Assembly: GCA_963760035.1 (NCBI GenBank)
Contig: CAVXBR010000011.1
Coordinates: forward strand, 365-64,364
Length of the DNA stretch: 64,000 bases
Source of the DNA: an uncultured Candidatus Micrarchaeota archaeon
GTDB lineage: Archaea; Micrarchaeota; Micrarchaeia; Micrarchaeales; Micrarchaeaceae
Reading direction: 5' to 3'
The notes below the pieces were generated by a model that was not told the origin of the DNA, ran no database searches, and worked only from the letters and a program-made list of their open reading frames with translations. Numbering within the stretch: position 1 is the first letter of the stretch; the number at the start of each line of letters is the position of its first letter. Below are positions 33,671-41,993 of this stretch, piece by piece. The position numbers and the translations under genes are program-made.

Positions 33671-33682
33671 CGCCGAGTCCAT
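33671..33682. repeat. candidate attR: exact 12-bp copy of the tRNA-Ala 3' end
   Basis: CGCCGAGTCCAT is identical to 21095-21106. Lies in the intergenic gap between the phosphatase and vapC genes. Confidence 0.4.
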
Positions 33683-33700
33683 ATCTGTTACCGTTAGTGG

Positions 33701-34141
33701 TTAATATGTTGTTATTTGTCTAAGGGGGTTTGTTACTTTTATCCCGGGAATCTTATTAAAGTCTCTTTCGTTCTCGGTAATTATTTCGGTTATTCCGTTT
33801 TCTTTCATCGTCTCTGATATTAAGGTATCAAGAAATGGTGTTTTAAATTCTTCTGAATTTTTAAGGGCCCTGTCTAAGGTCTCACAATCGTAATTTATTT
33901 TCTTCCAGTTCTGGGATAGAATTAAAGACCTAACAATTATCACTGCTTTATTTGATGGAACATCTAATTTTCGCGTAAGTGAATTAAAAAGCTCTACGAG
34001 AACTTGATTTGACACTACACCGATTATCTCACCGTCTAAAACACGTTGGAATAGTCCCCCACATATCATTCTTTTTTGCCGTTCCGTAAAATCATGTGCA
34101 TAACAGATTATGTTTGTATCAAAGAATAGTTCATCTTTCAT
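33701..34141 (-). CDS. vapC: PIN-domain ribonuclease toxin (VapC-like)
   Basis: FFDTNIICYA (first acidic residue), a conserved E in SNQVLVELFN, and FLDTLI...TENERDF at the C-terminus. Start at MKDELFF overlaps the upstream gene by 11 nt. Confidence 0.65.
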   Translation of the reverse strand: MKDELFFDTNIICYAHDFTERQKRMICGGLFQRVLDGEIIGVVSNQVLVELFNSLTRKLDVPSNKAVIIVRSLILSQNWKKINYDCETLDRALKNSEEFKTPFLDTLISETMKENGITEIITENERDFNKIPGIKVTNPLRQITTY

Positions 34142-34364
34142 ATAATTCACCACGATCAAACTTCCATTTCTTCATCTTTATACCGCTTTTAAACAGTTTT
34201 AATGCTTCGATTTGTACGTCCGAGTCACTTTTTTGCACCCATTCTTTCATTGCTTCTGTAATTGCTTTCCCAAGATAACCTTTCTTTTGCCCATACTTTT
34301 TACTGGCTTGCTTTCTAAATTCGGATGCTACTTGTTCTTCAACATTAATGGTAATCGTTTTCAT
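34131..34364 (-). CDS. vapB: putative antitoxin (VapB-like)
   Basis: 77-aa ORF immediately upstream of and overlapping the PIN gene. TATTTAAAT box 28-37 nt upstream. Confidence 0.45.
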   Translation of the reverse strand: MKTITINVEEQVASEFRKQASKKYGQKKGYLGKAITEAMKEWVQKSDSDVQIEALKLFKSGIKMKKWKFDRGELYER

Positions 34365-34391
34365 TTGATCATATTTATTTAGATAATATAA

Positions 34392-34401
34392 ATATTTAAA
34401 T
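34392..34401 (-). promoter_or_regulatory. TATA box (ATATTTAAAT) for the vapBC pair
   Basis: Position relative to the ATG at 34364 implies a leaderless or near-leaderless mRNA. Confidence 0.45.
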
Positions 34402-34424
34402 CTTTGGTTAATATAAATTATTAT

Positions 34425-36641
34425 TTAGGTATAATCAGGCATTTCAAGAAGTTTATTTTTGTCTACAAATAAATTTAGCCTCTTTTTACCAGAAATTGAT
34501 GTTTCTGCAATAACCTTCCTCTTTTCGTCAATAAGGCAAAGTAGGTATTTTCGTTCTAGGACGAGATGCAGTTTGTAATCTTCTTTCACTGGTATTAGTT
34601 CGTTGATTACCTCCCCAAGAAATCTAAACTCGATATTAAATCTCGAACCGATAAAACCGTCTCCAAACGTCAATTTTAATTCTGTATTTATGAACTCATT
34701 AGAAACGTGTTCCGACTTTATAAAAGGAGGGATAGGAGGCTGCAGGAATGCTTCCGTCTTTATAAAGACGCTCTCTTCTTGTATCTTTTCGCTTCCTTTG
34801 CGTGTAATAAAGCTTAGCGCTCCTACCCTTGAATCAAGAAGCTTGAGTTTTTCTATTACCTTATCTATCTCTATGCCCGGAAATATGAGTTCCTTCGCTG
34901 CTAAATAAGCTGAATCTGGCGCCTGTTTGAGGTACAGTCTGGTTTGACATAGGCGCCTTATTCCTAAATCTATGTCGTTTATGTTATGGGCAAGTAACAT
35001 TAGGCCTATACCTCTCTTTCTAAAATCTTGTATCCGCTGCTTCAGATCTTCAACCGCTGGAGAATCTTCTTCTTTGAATATTATCTGCGCTTCTTCCACG
35101 CAGATAAGCATCCTTAACTTGTCATCACCAAACGTGTCAAAACCTGATGCAATGGCGTAAATCTGGTTTAGCACAAGGGCATAAAGGAATGATCTTGTTG
35201 CAATGCTGGTAGATGAAACATCAAATACCGCACCGCCGACTAGCAACTCTTCAAATTTTACACCGTCTTTCATAGAATAGTTAGGATTGTTTAATATTAT
35301 CCTCAAACTTTCTAACGCCGCCTTTATGTTTTCGCCGTGTTTTGTATACTTAACACCTGTATTTGTTCGTTTACCGTGTAGACAGATTATTGATTCTTCT
35401 ATTTCATCGTAAACATCGATCGGATTAGGGGTTGAGGTAGTTTGGTATATCTTCCTAAATGCATTTAGCATACATTTTTCCATGGGCCTTTTGTAGGGTC
35501 CAGCGCCAGATGCAGACGAAAGGATTATTGCCAGATCCTGGCAAAATTTTTCCCTTTTCGTGTTAGTTGGACACCTAAAGAAGTTTATTGCAATCGAATC
35601 GGAAAAGAGTTTTATCAGATTCATACCGTGAGAGATTGCAAAGCCGTTCCATTCTTCTGTGGGGGCAAGAATAAACAATGGGCAACAACCAGAGTTAATT
35701 ATCCTATCAGATAAGTGCATGGCTTCCATAGTTTTTCCCGAACCAGGCAAACCAGTGATAAGGAAACCCAAGTTAAAGGATGCTGGTTCCACACATATAT
35801 CGGTCTGGCTTTCGGATACTCCATCGTTCATCAATTTTCCTATAGGTATGCCATTTGAGGTATGCCCGGTTGGGTTTAATTTTATAGTTCTCAGCACTCT
35901 TGCTCCATAGAGCTTAATGAATTGGGCGCAATACTTGGTTCCAAACGGGAAAGAACGGATTTTGGATATTTTAGGCATGATTGAGCTAAAGCCTTCTGCA
36001 ATAAACTCAGTTTCGGAAAGATTAGAGACTCTATCGTTTAGATAGGTTTTCATATTCTTTGCATCTAAACTGTACAATAAGAACATTTTGTAGAGTAAAT
36101 TGTTCTTAAGGAGAGCCTCGTTTATGGAATCAAGTATATTTTTCGCTATTAGAAGTTCGTCGGAGTCTTTGTAAAGATCCCTATGAACTGACGATGGACC
36201 AAAAAGTCCACGGATGCCCTGAGAGGTTGATTTTGTCTCACGCATGTCCTTTGAGCTTAGGAGGGATTCGGCATATCGTTTTGCAAATTCGATTTCTTTT
36301 TCTTTAACGGTTATAAAGGCTAGGCATAGAAAATTTTCTGATAGATCAGCGGCAAATAGGTCGTGAAAGGCATCATTGTCTTCTTCACTAATTCGGTAAA
36401 ATGAAAGCGCCTTGAGTTTACGTCCTTTTAAATTTTCGAAATCGCCGACTTTTTCAGAAACAAATCCAGGTATTGAGGAACTTAGGGAGTATATCAGCTC
36501 GTCTTTTTCATCATCAATCCAGAGGAGGGTTCGGTGCAGTTTGGTGTCGTATATAATAGCAAAATTGTTCCTGCCCAGCGTTTCGAAAAAGTGCTCTGAC
36601 TCAAATAGGTCAGGAACACTCAAAACTGCAAAAAATCCCAT
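34425..36641 (-). CDS. large HerA/VirB4/TraG-like P-loop ATPase (DUF87-like)
   Basis: Walker A GLPGSGKTM, Walker B MLICVEEAQIIF, KRGIGLMLLAHN motif. 738 aa with no TM helix. Confidence 0.65.
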   Translation of the reverse strand: MGFFAVLSVPDLFESEHFFETLGRNNFAIIYDTKLHRTLLWIDDEKDELIYSLSSSIPGFVSEKVGDFENLKGRKLKALSFYRISEEDNDAFHDLFAADLSENFLCLAFITVKEKEIEFAKRYAESLLSSKDMRETKSTSQGIRGLFGPSSVHRDLYKDSDELLIAKNILDSINEALLKNNLLYKMFLLYSLDAKNMKTYLNDRVSNLSETEFIAEGFSSIMPKISKIRSFPFGTKYCAQFIKLYGARVLRTIKLNPTGHTSNGIPIGKLMNDGVSESQTDICVEPASFNLGFLITGLPGSGKTMEAMHLSDRIINSGCCPLFILAPTEEWNGFAISHGMNLIKLFSDSIAINFFRCPTNTKREKFCQDLAIILSSASGAGPYKRPMEKCMLNAFRKIYQTTSTPNPIDVYDEIEESIICLHGKRTNTGVKYTKHGENIKAALESLRIILNNPNYSMKDGVKFEELLVGGAVFDVSSTSIATRSFLYALVLNQIYAIASGFDTFGDDKLRMLICVEEAQIIFKEEDSPAVEDLKQRIQDFRKRGIGLMLLAHNINDIDLGIRRLCQTRLYLKQAPDSAYLAAKELIFPGIEIDKVIEKLKLLDSRVGALSFITRKGSEKIQEESVFIKTEAFLQPPIPPFIKSEHVSNEFINTELKLTFGDGFIGSRFNIEFRFLGEVINELIPVKEDYKLHLVLERKYLLCLIDEKRKVIAETSISGKKRLNLFVDKNKLLEMPDYT

Positions 36642-36642
36642 A

Positions 36643-36750
36643 TTATATCACACCAACTACAATTATGAAAACCAGCAAAGCAACAAAGATGGATAGAAGT
36701 ATAAATGGCCTTGATCTGAAGCTATGAAATTCTTTTATATTCTTTAACAT
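36643..36750 (-). CDS. 35-aa single-TM micro-protein (below the ORF-track cutoff)
   Basis: Hand translation: MLKNIKEFHSFRSRPFILLSIFVALLVFIIVVGVI*. Its ATG overlaps the upstream stop (ATGTTAA), and its stop lies 1 nt before the next ATG. Confidence 0.35.
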   Translation of the reverse strand: MLKNIKEFHSFRSRPFILLSIFVALLVFIIVVGVI

Positions 36751-37760
36751 GTAGTCACTTTGAGTAGGTTATTTAGTTTCATTACCAGTAGGCCAGCACC
36801 AAATTTCGAATAAGTCCTAAGCAGTCTCGATAGAGCATGCTCCTCTTCTTTGCCAAATAAAATGAGGTTTATTTTCTGCTCTTTCTGTTTTCTATCTGGA
36901 TATCCTGAATCAAAAAGATCGGACCAGAATACGATATTGTTTGAATGGATGAACGCATCAGTAGTTTTTGATTTCAGGGATATTGAAGAACCTGAGAGAA
37001 CTACGTTCTCATAGAAGATCCTTGCTCCAATAATCCGTTTTGTCAGGGGCGAGCAACCCACGCAATTGAATAAAACATGGCCTATCCCTAAGACCTCCAT
37101 CTTTTTTGAGGCGTATTCGTCATCTTTTTGGATCTTTTTCAGTCCTTCAATTTCATTAAGGGAAGAGAGTTCTGCTAAAATGTCGGATATCTTTTCTGGT
37201 AGATTTGCTACGGCTCTTTTGTTCTTGTAAGCTAAAGAATCAAAAGCGGATTTCAACTGCATGACACCAGTAGGGGCTATGGTTTCTTCGTTAAAATGGA
37301 AAATTTGTTTGTTTCTGTTTGAAGAATCTAAGGCAATAAGTTTTATTAGGAAAAAGAAGATGGCCCCGAGAGGAACAAGGAGGATGTAGAGCATTCCACC
37401 CATATAGAAAAAGCTCACCGAAGATTCAGAATTACCGTATTTCACGTTTATTAGGTTAATTCCAAGGTTTAATGGTGCTTGGAACTGAAGGTTGGACCCT
37501 TCGGTTGTGGTTAGGATGCTTTTATACCTGTCATTTATTGTGATAAGAAGCTTGGCCTCAGGTAATTTGCGCTCATCGTAGCTTATTGCCGTTGTGATGG
37601 CATAGTTGCCTTTCGATGTGAAATTAGAGATGCAAAGATTTGTGCATTTTGTGGATTTGTATAAGCCCAAAAAGAGGAACAGAATTAAAAGCAGGATGCC
37701 GGCGAGGAGTAGTAGGGATATGTTTCTTTGCTGGTACCCTTCTCCAATCGCCTGACTCAT
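36744..37760 (-). CDS. hypothetical membrane protein of the transfer operon
   Basis: N-terminal TM helix (ISLLLLAGILLLILFLFLGL) and a second TM helix mid-protein. 4-nt overlap with the upstream ORF. Confidence 0.4.
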   Translation of the reverse strand: MSQAIGEGYQQRNISLLLLAGILLLILFLFLGLYKSTKCTNLCISNFTSKGNYAITTAISYDERKLPEAKLLITINDRYKSILTTTEGSNLQFQAPLNLGINLINVKYGNSESSVSFFYMGGMLYILLVPLGAIFFFLIKLIALDSSNRNKQIFHFNEETIAPTGVMQLKSAFDSLAYKNKRAVANLPEKISDILAELSSLNEIEGLKKIQKDDEYASKKMEVLGIGHVLFNCVGCSPLTKRIIGARIFYENVVLSGSSISLKSKTTDAFIHSNNIVFWSDLFDSGYPDRKQKEQKINLILFGKEEEHALSRLLRTYSKFGAGLLVMKLNNLLKVTTC

Positions 37761-38422
37761 TTTGTCACCGTTTTTTCGAAAATGAAAGCTGTGGCCGCTT
37801 TATACGCTTCTGTGGTAGTTCCGATTATCTTGGGAAGGGACTCGGCGGTAGGGTCTTTTAGTGCCATCTTGGTCATTGCAGCGGCTATGGCGTCTTTTGA
37901 GAATTTTTTCAGGCACTCGTTTTCCAGTTCAAGATCTTTGCATTTGCGCTGGAACTCCAGAGTTTTAAAAGATAATGAACAGTTCATCGCTGAAAGGGTT
38001 TTCACTTTTCTGATTAGTAGCTCGCTGTTTTCTATTTTCCCTTCAGTGTAGGGTATCTCTTCCATGTATTCAACAAGCGCTTCCATAAAGCTAGGATAAA
38101 GTGATGACAGTTCGGGATCATAGAAATCTGCCGAATAGGCCAAGATAGAGAGGAATTTTATGAGATTTTTAGCGTATTCTTTCGCCGAGCATCTGTTGAA
38201 GCAGTAGTTAAAGGTCAGTCTATTTCCCGTTACTTGCAGTTCGGAAGTGCTGACGCCATCCGACTCAATTATTGAGAAGGTCCTGTTATCGCCTGCCTTA
38301 GTCATGCGAAGGAATGGAGCAGATTGGAGATGGGTGTAAAATTGGGCTATTTGAACCTTAAACTTGCCGCTCACAAAGAAAGACGATTTAAGCCCAAATT
38401 CGAGCTTTTTAGGCGCTTTCAT
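37757..38422 (-). CDS. hypothetical soluble protein of the transfer operon
   Basis: 221-aa ORF overlapping both neighbours. Confidence 0.4.
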   Translation of the reverse strand: MKAPKKLEFGLKSSFFVSGKFKVQIAQFYTHLQSAPFLRMTKAGDNRTFSIIESDGVSTSELQVTGNRLTFNYCFNRCSAKEYAKNLIKFLSILAYSADFYDPELSSLYPSFMEALVEYMEEIPYTEGKIENSELLIRKVKTLSAMNCSLSFKTLEFQRKCKDLELENECLKKFSKDAIAAAMTKMALKDPTAESLPKIIGTTTEAYKAATAFIFEKTVTK

Positions 38423-39740
38423 AGGCGTTCACTATGGTTAGATCGTCTATCCCTAACTGGCGTAGATAGCATACGACAGAAACCCGGTCAAGGCCGATTT
38501 CGGTAAGAAATCGGACAAATGAGGAAATTTCTATATTCTTCCCGTTTTGGATGGAAAATGATATTATCCGTTCTTTTAGGTCCGGATCATGGAAAGATCC
38601 GGTGATGTCAAGGAACCTTTTTTGGCTGATTTGACGTCTCATATTTTCACCTGAAAAATGCAAGTTACCGAACTCCATGCCAGATATTCTTTCCATATAG
38701 AACTTTGACGGAGAGGTAGGGTTACTCTTGTATGCAAGACATAACATGCAGCTACCAATCCCCAAGGAGCAGAGCACGCTCTTGGTATTTGGCTCTATAA
38801 GTCCGGCATTTTCAAGTATTCCGTAGTCCCTTTCGTTCTGAAGCCGAAATATGGCCAAGCATCCCACGTTTGCCATTATCTCGTTGTTTATGTCTGAGGC
38901 AAGCTGGGTCGCGGATATCACAGAGATCCCATATTTCCTGCCTTCTCGGTACAACGTGCCGACCTCGTCCGAGTTCTTAAGGAGGCGCCATGCCTCATCA
39001 AGCACAAGTATACGTTGGATACCACAACCGATCTTCATCTTATGCATGCAGTCTATTACAAGTTTTAATATGAACTTGACTAGCTCACCTCTCTGGGAGC
39101 TGTCCCTAAGGGTTGAAAGGTTTATACTGTAGATTCCGTCCAGCACTTTACCCATATCAAACTCCGTTCTGTCTGCAAAAAATGGGTTGCCTTCTAGCTG
39201 GAGTAGCTTGTTTGACAATAACAGATCTTTGGTCTTGATTTTTGATATTAAAACCCTTAGATTTTTGGGTCCGTTCCCGCCAAAAAGTTCTAATAGGTGG
39301 CTGTGAAGTTCTGACTTTTGGCCTTCTTCGAGCTCTATCATGCTGTCCATTAGCTCGGTTATGTTTGAGATGCCGCTTGGTACGCTGTATACGTCCATGA
39401 TGTTTATTTTGAAGTCCCTGCCGAAGCTAAGAATTTGGCCAGATAAAAATTCGATCAACTCCCTATACTCATCATTCCAGTCTATGGTAAGTACCTTGGA
39501 ATTACGGTGAAGAACGCTCTTTGCTACAACGCTTTTGAGCATGTAGCTTTTTCCGGCTCCCGATATTCCTATTATTGCCATGTGGGGATTTATCAGGACC
39601 GAGCTGTCAAGGTAGAAGGGTAGTTTGTATATCGCAGTTTTGCCCAGGTAAACTCCGGAAGTGGTCGCTGAGACGGGTTCGGACATCTTGTAGATGGATA
39701 TGGCACCCGCAACGGATTGGGAGTTTGGACTTATTTCCAT
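38409..39740 (-). CDS. VirB4/CedB/HerA-like ATPase
   Basis: Walker A GISGAGKSY, Walker B ILVLDEAWRLL, GRKYGISVISATQ motif. Same architecture as the ATPase core of 26243..28426. Confidence 0.7.
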   Translation of the reverse strand: MEISPNSQSVAGAISIYKMSEPVSATTSGVYLGKTAIYKLPFYLDSSVLINPHMAIIGISGAGKSYMLKSVVAKSVLHRNSKVLTIDWNDEYRELIEFLSGQILSFGRDFKINIMDVYSVPSGISNITELMDSMIELEEGQKSELHSHLLELFGGNGPKNLRVLISKIKTKDLLLSNKLLQLEGNPFFADRTEFDMGKVLDGIYSINLSTLRDSSQRGELVKFILKLVIDCMHKMKIGCGIQRILVLDEAWRLLKNSDEVGTLYREGRKYGISVISATQLASDINNEIMANVGCLAIFRLQNERDYGILENAGLIEPNTKSVLCSLGIGSCMLCLAYKSNPTSPSKFYMERISGMEFGNLHFSGENMRRQISQKRFLDITGSFHDPDLKERIISFSIQNGKNIEISSFVRFLTEIGLDRVSVVCYLRQLGIDDLTIVNAYESA

Positions 39741-39744
39741 GGTT

Positions 39745-40464
39745 TCAACCCATTAGGTCTGATTTTATCACTGAAATGAGATCCGTGCCGCTCAGGACTT
39801 CGAACCCGGCTCCCAGGACGGCGGAAAACTCGCCGGAGATCTCTTTAATCTGTGAAAGTGCCCGCTCCTGTGCAGCGAATCTGGATTCAGAGGAGGCAAA
39901 AGTCATTAGATATATGTTGGTCTTGAGGGGCACTGCACCAGTGCCTATTGATTTTATCTCGCTTTCTATTAGTTCGATCTCCCTTTCGACAACCTTACTG
40001 GAATCCGTGCCCTTTTTTGCCCTGGTTTTTGATAGCTCCAGTTCCTTCATCCTCCTCCTTGTTTTTAGGTCGTCGGTGATCTTGCCCGTGTTAAGTCTCT
40101 CTACTTGAACCACGAACCTAAACGGGGAATTTGAGCTTGAGATTATCCGCTCTATGTTCTCCCTGTTTATTTCCTTTGTAGGAAAACTCCGCAGAGCAGC
40201 CGCAGAAACCGCGGAGAACAGCAATCCTTTTTTCCTGATAGCAGAAACCCTGTCAGCTTCAAGCTCGTAATCTCCAATTATCTGAACAACTCCGGTTTTC
40301 TTTATTATTAGGGATTCAAATATGTCCCATAGCTTATAAAGAAAGAATAGTGATAGGGAAACGGAAATCGATAGGATAGTCAGGTAGAGATTTAGAGATA
40401 AAATGCTGGCTAGTGATGCTACTACTGCAATGGCGATTATCACGTATGCAATCATGTCGGGCAT
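39745..40464 (-). CDS. membrane protein with two N-terminal TM helices and a cytoplasmic domain (possible VirB3/VirB4 N-terminal-domain equivalent)
   Basis: Two TM helices followed by about 170 soluble residues. Ends 4 nt before the ATPase gene. Confidence 0.4.
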   Translation of the reverse strand: MPDMIAYVIIAIAVVASLASILSLNLYLTILSISVSLSLFFLYKLWDIFESLIIKKTGVVQIIGDYELEADRVSAIRKKGLLFSAVSAAALRSFPTKEINRENIERIISSSNSPFRFVVQVERLNTGKITDDLKTRRRMKELELSKTRAKKGTDSSKVVEREIELIESEIKSIGTGAVPLKTNIYLMTFASSESRFAAQERALSQIKEISGEFSAVLGAGFEVLSGTDLISVIKSDLMG

Positions 40465-40471
40465 TTGACCA

Positions 40472-41512
40472 CTATATTATGCTCATCCTGCTTAGGTTCA
40501 CTTCGGATCCTAGGATTCTGGAAAGTTCGCGTATGGATACTATTGTTAATACTATGCTGAAAGCGGGCATTACAAACGCCTGGACTACTATTATGCCAAC
40601 AAAGGCTGCAAGGCCAGAAAGGAACTGCTGGACTCCGCCTACGAATCCCGAAATCAGGTTGGTGATATAGTTGGAAACGCCGGTTGAGTTGGCTGCACCC
40701 TTTTGGTAGCTTGAGACCTCGTTTAGAAGATTGCCCTGCAGGCCGGTGGCGTTTGATATAGCAGTGTTTACGGACGAGGGATTGAATGAGGTAGCATAGG
40801 TGCTGATAATGGTTGCATCAAGCGCATAGGTCATTGGCAGAACCGCAAATAGCCCTATGGTTATGGCCAATATCGCTCCTCCGAGCTTTCTAGTGAAGAA
40901 GAGGCACCTCAGGGTTATTCCAATCGGCATCAGTATTGACATGGCACTGACAGATATGACCATCAGTAGAATGCCCTGTATTTCGATGCTCATCAGGGCC
41001 ACGGTCAAAGCGTCTATGGCATAGCCTAAGGCAGTGAGTATTGGCTTCATCGAGCCTGACAATCCCAGACTTATTGGCCCCAGGTTGAAGCTCATAGAAT
41101 TGACTAGGCTAAGCGCGGTGTACATTCCCGCCAGCGGAACAAGCAGAGTTATGGTGGAGTCGAAGACCGTTGGGTAGGAAGCATTGTATACATCTACTTG
41201 GTTTACCCCGACGAGATAGTTGTAGGCAAAGCATAGCGCTGAGTTGTATTTCATCTGCGAAGGACAGGAGTATCCCTGCGCTACGTTGTTGGTGGCCCCA
41301 TTTAGGGCGATTGAGACAATCCCGTTGGTGCTGAAAACAGCAATTAGTACGCCGAGGATGACCCCGTTTATTATCGCGGTGTAAAGCTCTGTTTTTGCCA
41401 GATCCTTTAGTTTTCTGTCATCCAGTGCATATCCCAGTCCTAGGAGTATCCCCCCAACGGAGATTGTTATCGCTATCAGCGCCAATGCTATGCTGTAGCC
41501 TATTGCTTCCAA
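40472..41512 (-). CDS. polytopic membrane protein (VirB6/CedA-like candidate)
   Basis: At least 7 hydrophobic helices over 346 aa. Positioned between the pilin-like and ATPase genes. Confidence 0.45.
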   Translation of the reverse strand: MEAIGYSIALALIAITISVGGILLGLGYALDDRKLKDLAKTELYTAIINGVILGVLIAVFSTNGIVSIALNGATNNVAQGYSCPSQMKYNSALCFAYNYLVGVNQVDVYNASYPTVFDSTITLLVPLAGMYTALSLVNSMSFNLGPISLGLSGSMKPILTALGYAIDALTVALMSIEIQGILLMVISVSAMSILMPIGITLRCLFFTRKLGGAILAITIGLFAVLPMTYALDATIISTYATSFNPSSVNTAISNATGLQGNLLNEVSSYQKGAANSTGVSNYITNLISGFVGGVQQFLSGLAAFVGIIVVQAFVMPAFSIVLTIVSIRELSRILGSEVNLSRMSII

Positions 41513-41522
41513 TCAAATCCCC

Positions 41523-41921
41523 TCAGGTCAGACTATTTGCTGCTGTGAAGTTCGTCAGGAGATTGGTGGATGAAAGCGCAAGGGAGCTGGAGGCAAAACT
41601 CAGGGCAGCGACAACAACTGCACCTATTATTATGTTTATGGCCGCAGCCTGGAAATGCGCCTTCTTATCGGGCGGGAGCATCTGGCCTATCGCATAGAAG
41701 ATCCCAGCTACTATGAAGAGCATTGCGCTGAGTGCCGGACCCAGCTGTCCAAGGACAGTTTTCACCTGGTTGAGGTCGGAAAGGACCTGTGCGCCGGCCG
41801 CATAGTTCAGCCTTGCATAAGTAGTGAGCCCCAAAAGAAGCAGGAGCAGATACTTTAGCATAGGCACGGTATGCAACTTCACTTTCGACGCAACTCGTTG
41901 TTTATTCATATACCCACCCAT
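41523..41921 (-). CDS. small two-helix membrane protein (VirB2/TrbC/CedA1-like pilin candidate)
   Basis: Signal-like N-terminus (LLLLLLGLTTYARLNYAAGA), then two hydrophobic helices joined by a basic loop (PPDKKAH). First gene of the operon. Confidence 0.4.
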   Translation of the reverse strand: MGGYMNKQRVASKVKLHTVPMLKYLLLLLLGLTTYARLNYAAGAQVLSDLNQVKTVLGQLGPALSAMLFIVAGIFYAIGQMLPPDKKAHFQAAAINIIIGAVVVAALSFASSSLALSSTNLLTNFTAANSLT

Positions 41922-41953
41922 TTACTTTGGTATATGAAGTTATACTGAAATAA

Positions 41954-41965
41954 GTATTTAAATAC
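41954..41965 (-). promoter_or_regulatory. TATA box (GTATTTAAATAC) for the transfer operon
   Basis: Lies 33-44 nt upstream of the ATG at 41921. Confidence 0.45.
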
Positions 41966-41993
41966 TTCGGTTCTAGTGGGATAAGCAGGCCAT

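Larger units (their letters stand above)
21095..33682. mobile_element. putative integrated element at tRNA-Ala (integrase, ATPases, DGR, helicase), bounded by a 12-bp direct repeat
   Basis: CGCCGAGTCCAT (tRNA 3' end plus 1 nt, 21095-21106) recurs exactly at 33671-33682. The integrase gene lies 63 nt downstream of the tRNA. The right repeat coincides with an apparent shift to AT-rich DNA (judged by eye). Confidence 0.4.
33683..41993. mobile_element. AT-rich island: VapBC plus type-IV-secretion/Ced-like DNA-transfer operon (boundaries uncertain)
   Basis: Looks lower in GC than the flanks (by eye). Eight co-directional ORFs have gaps of 10 nt or less, or overlap. Content is two VirB4/HerA ATPases, a polytopic membrane protein and a pilin-like protein. 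I found no second att copy. Confidence 0.35.
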
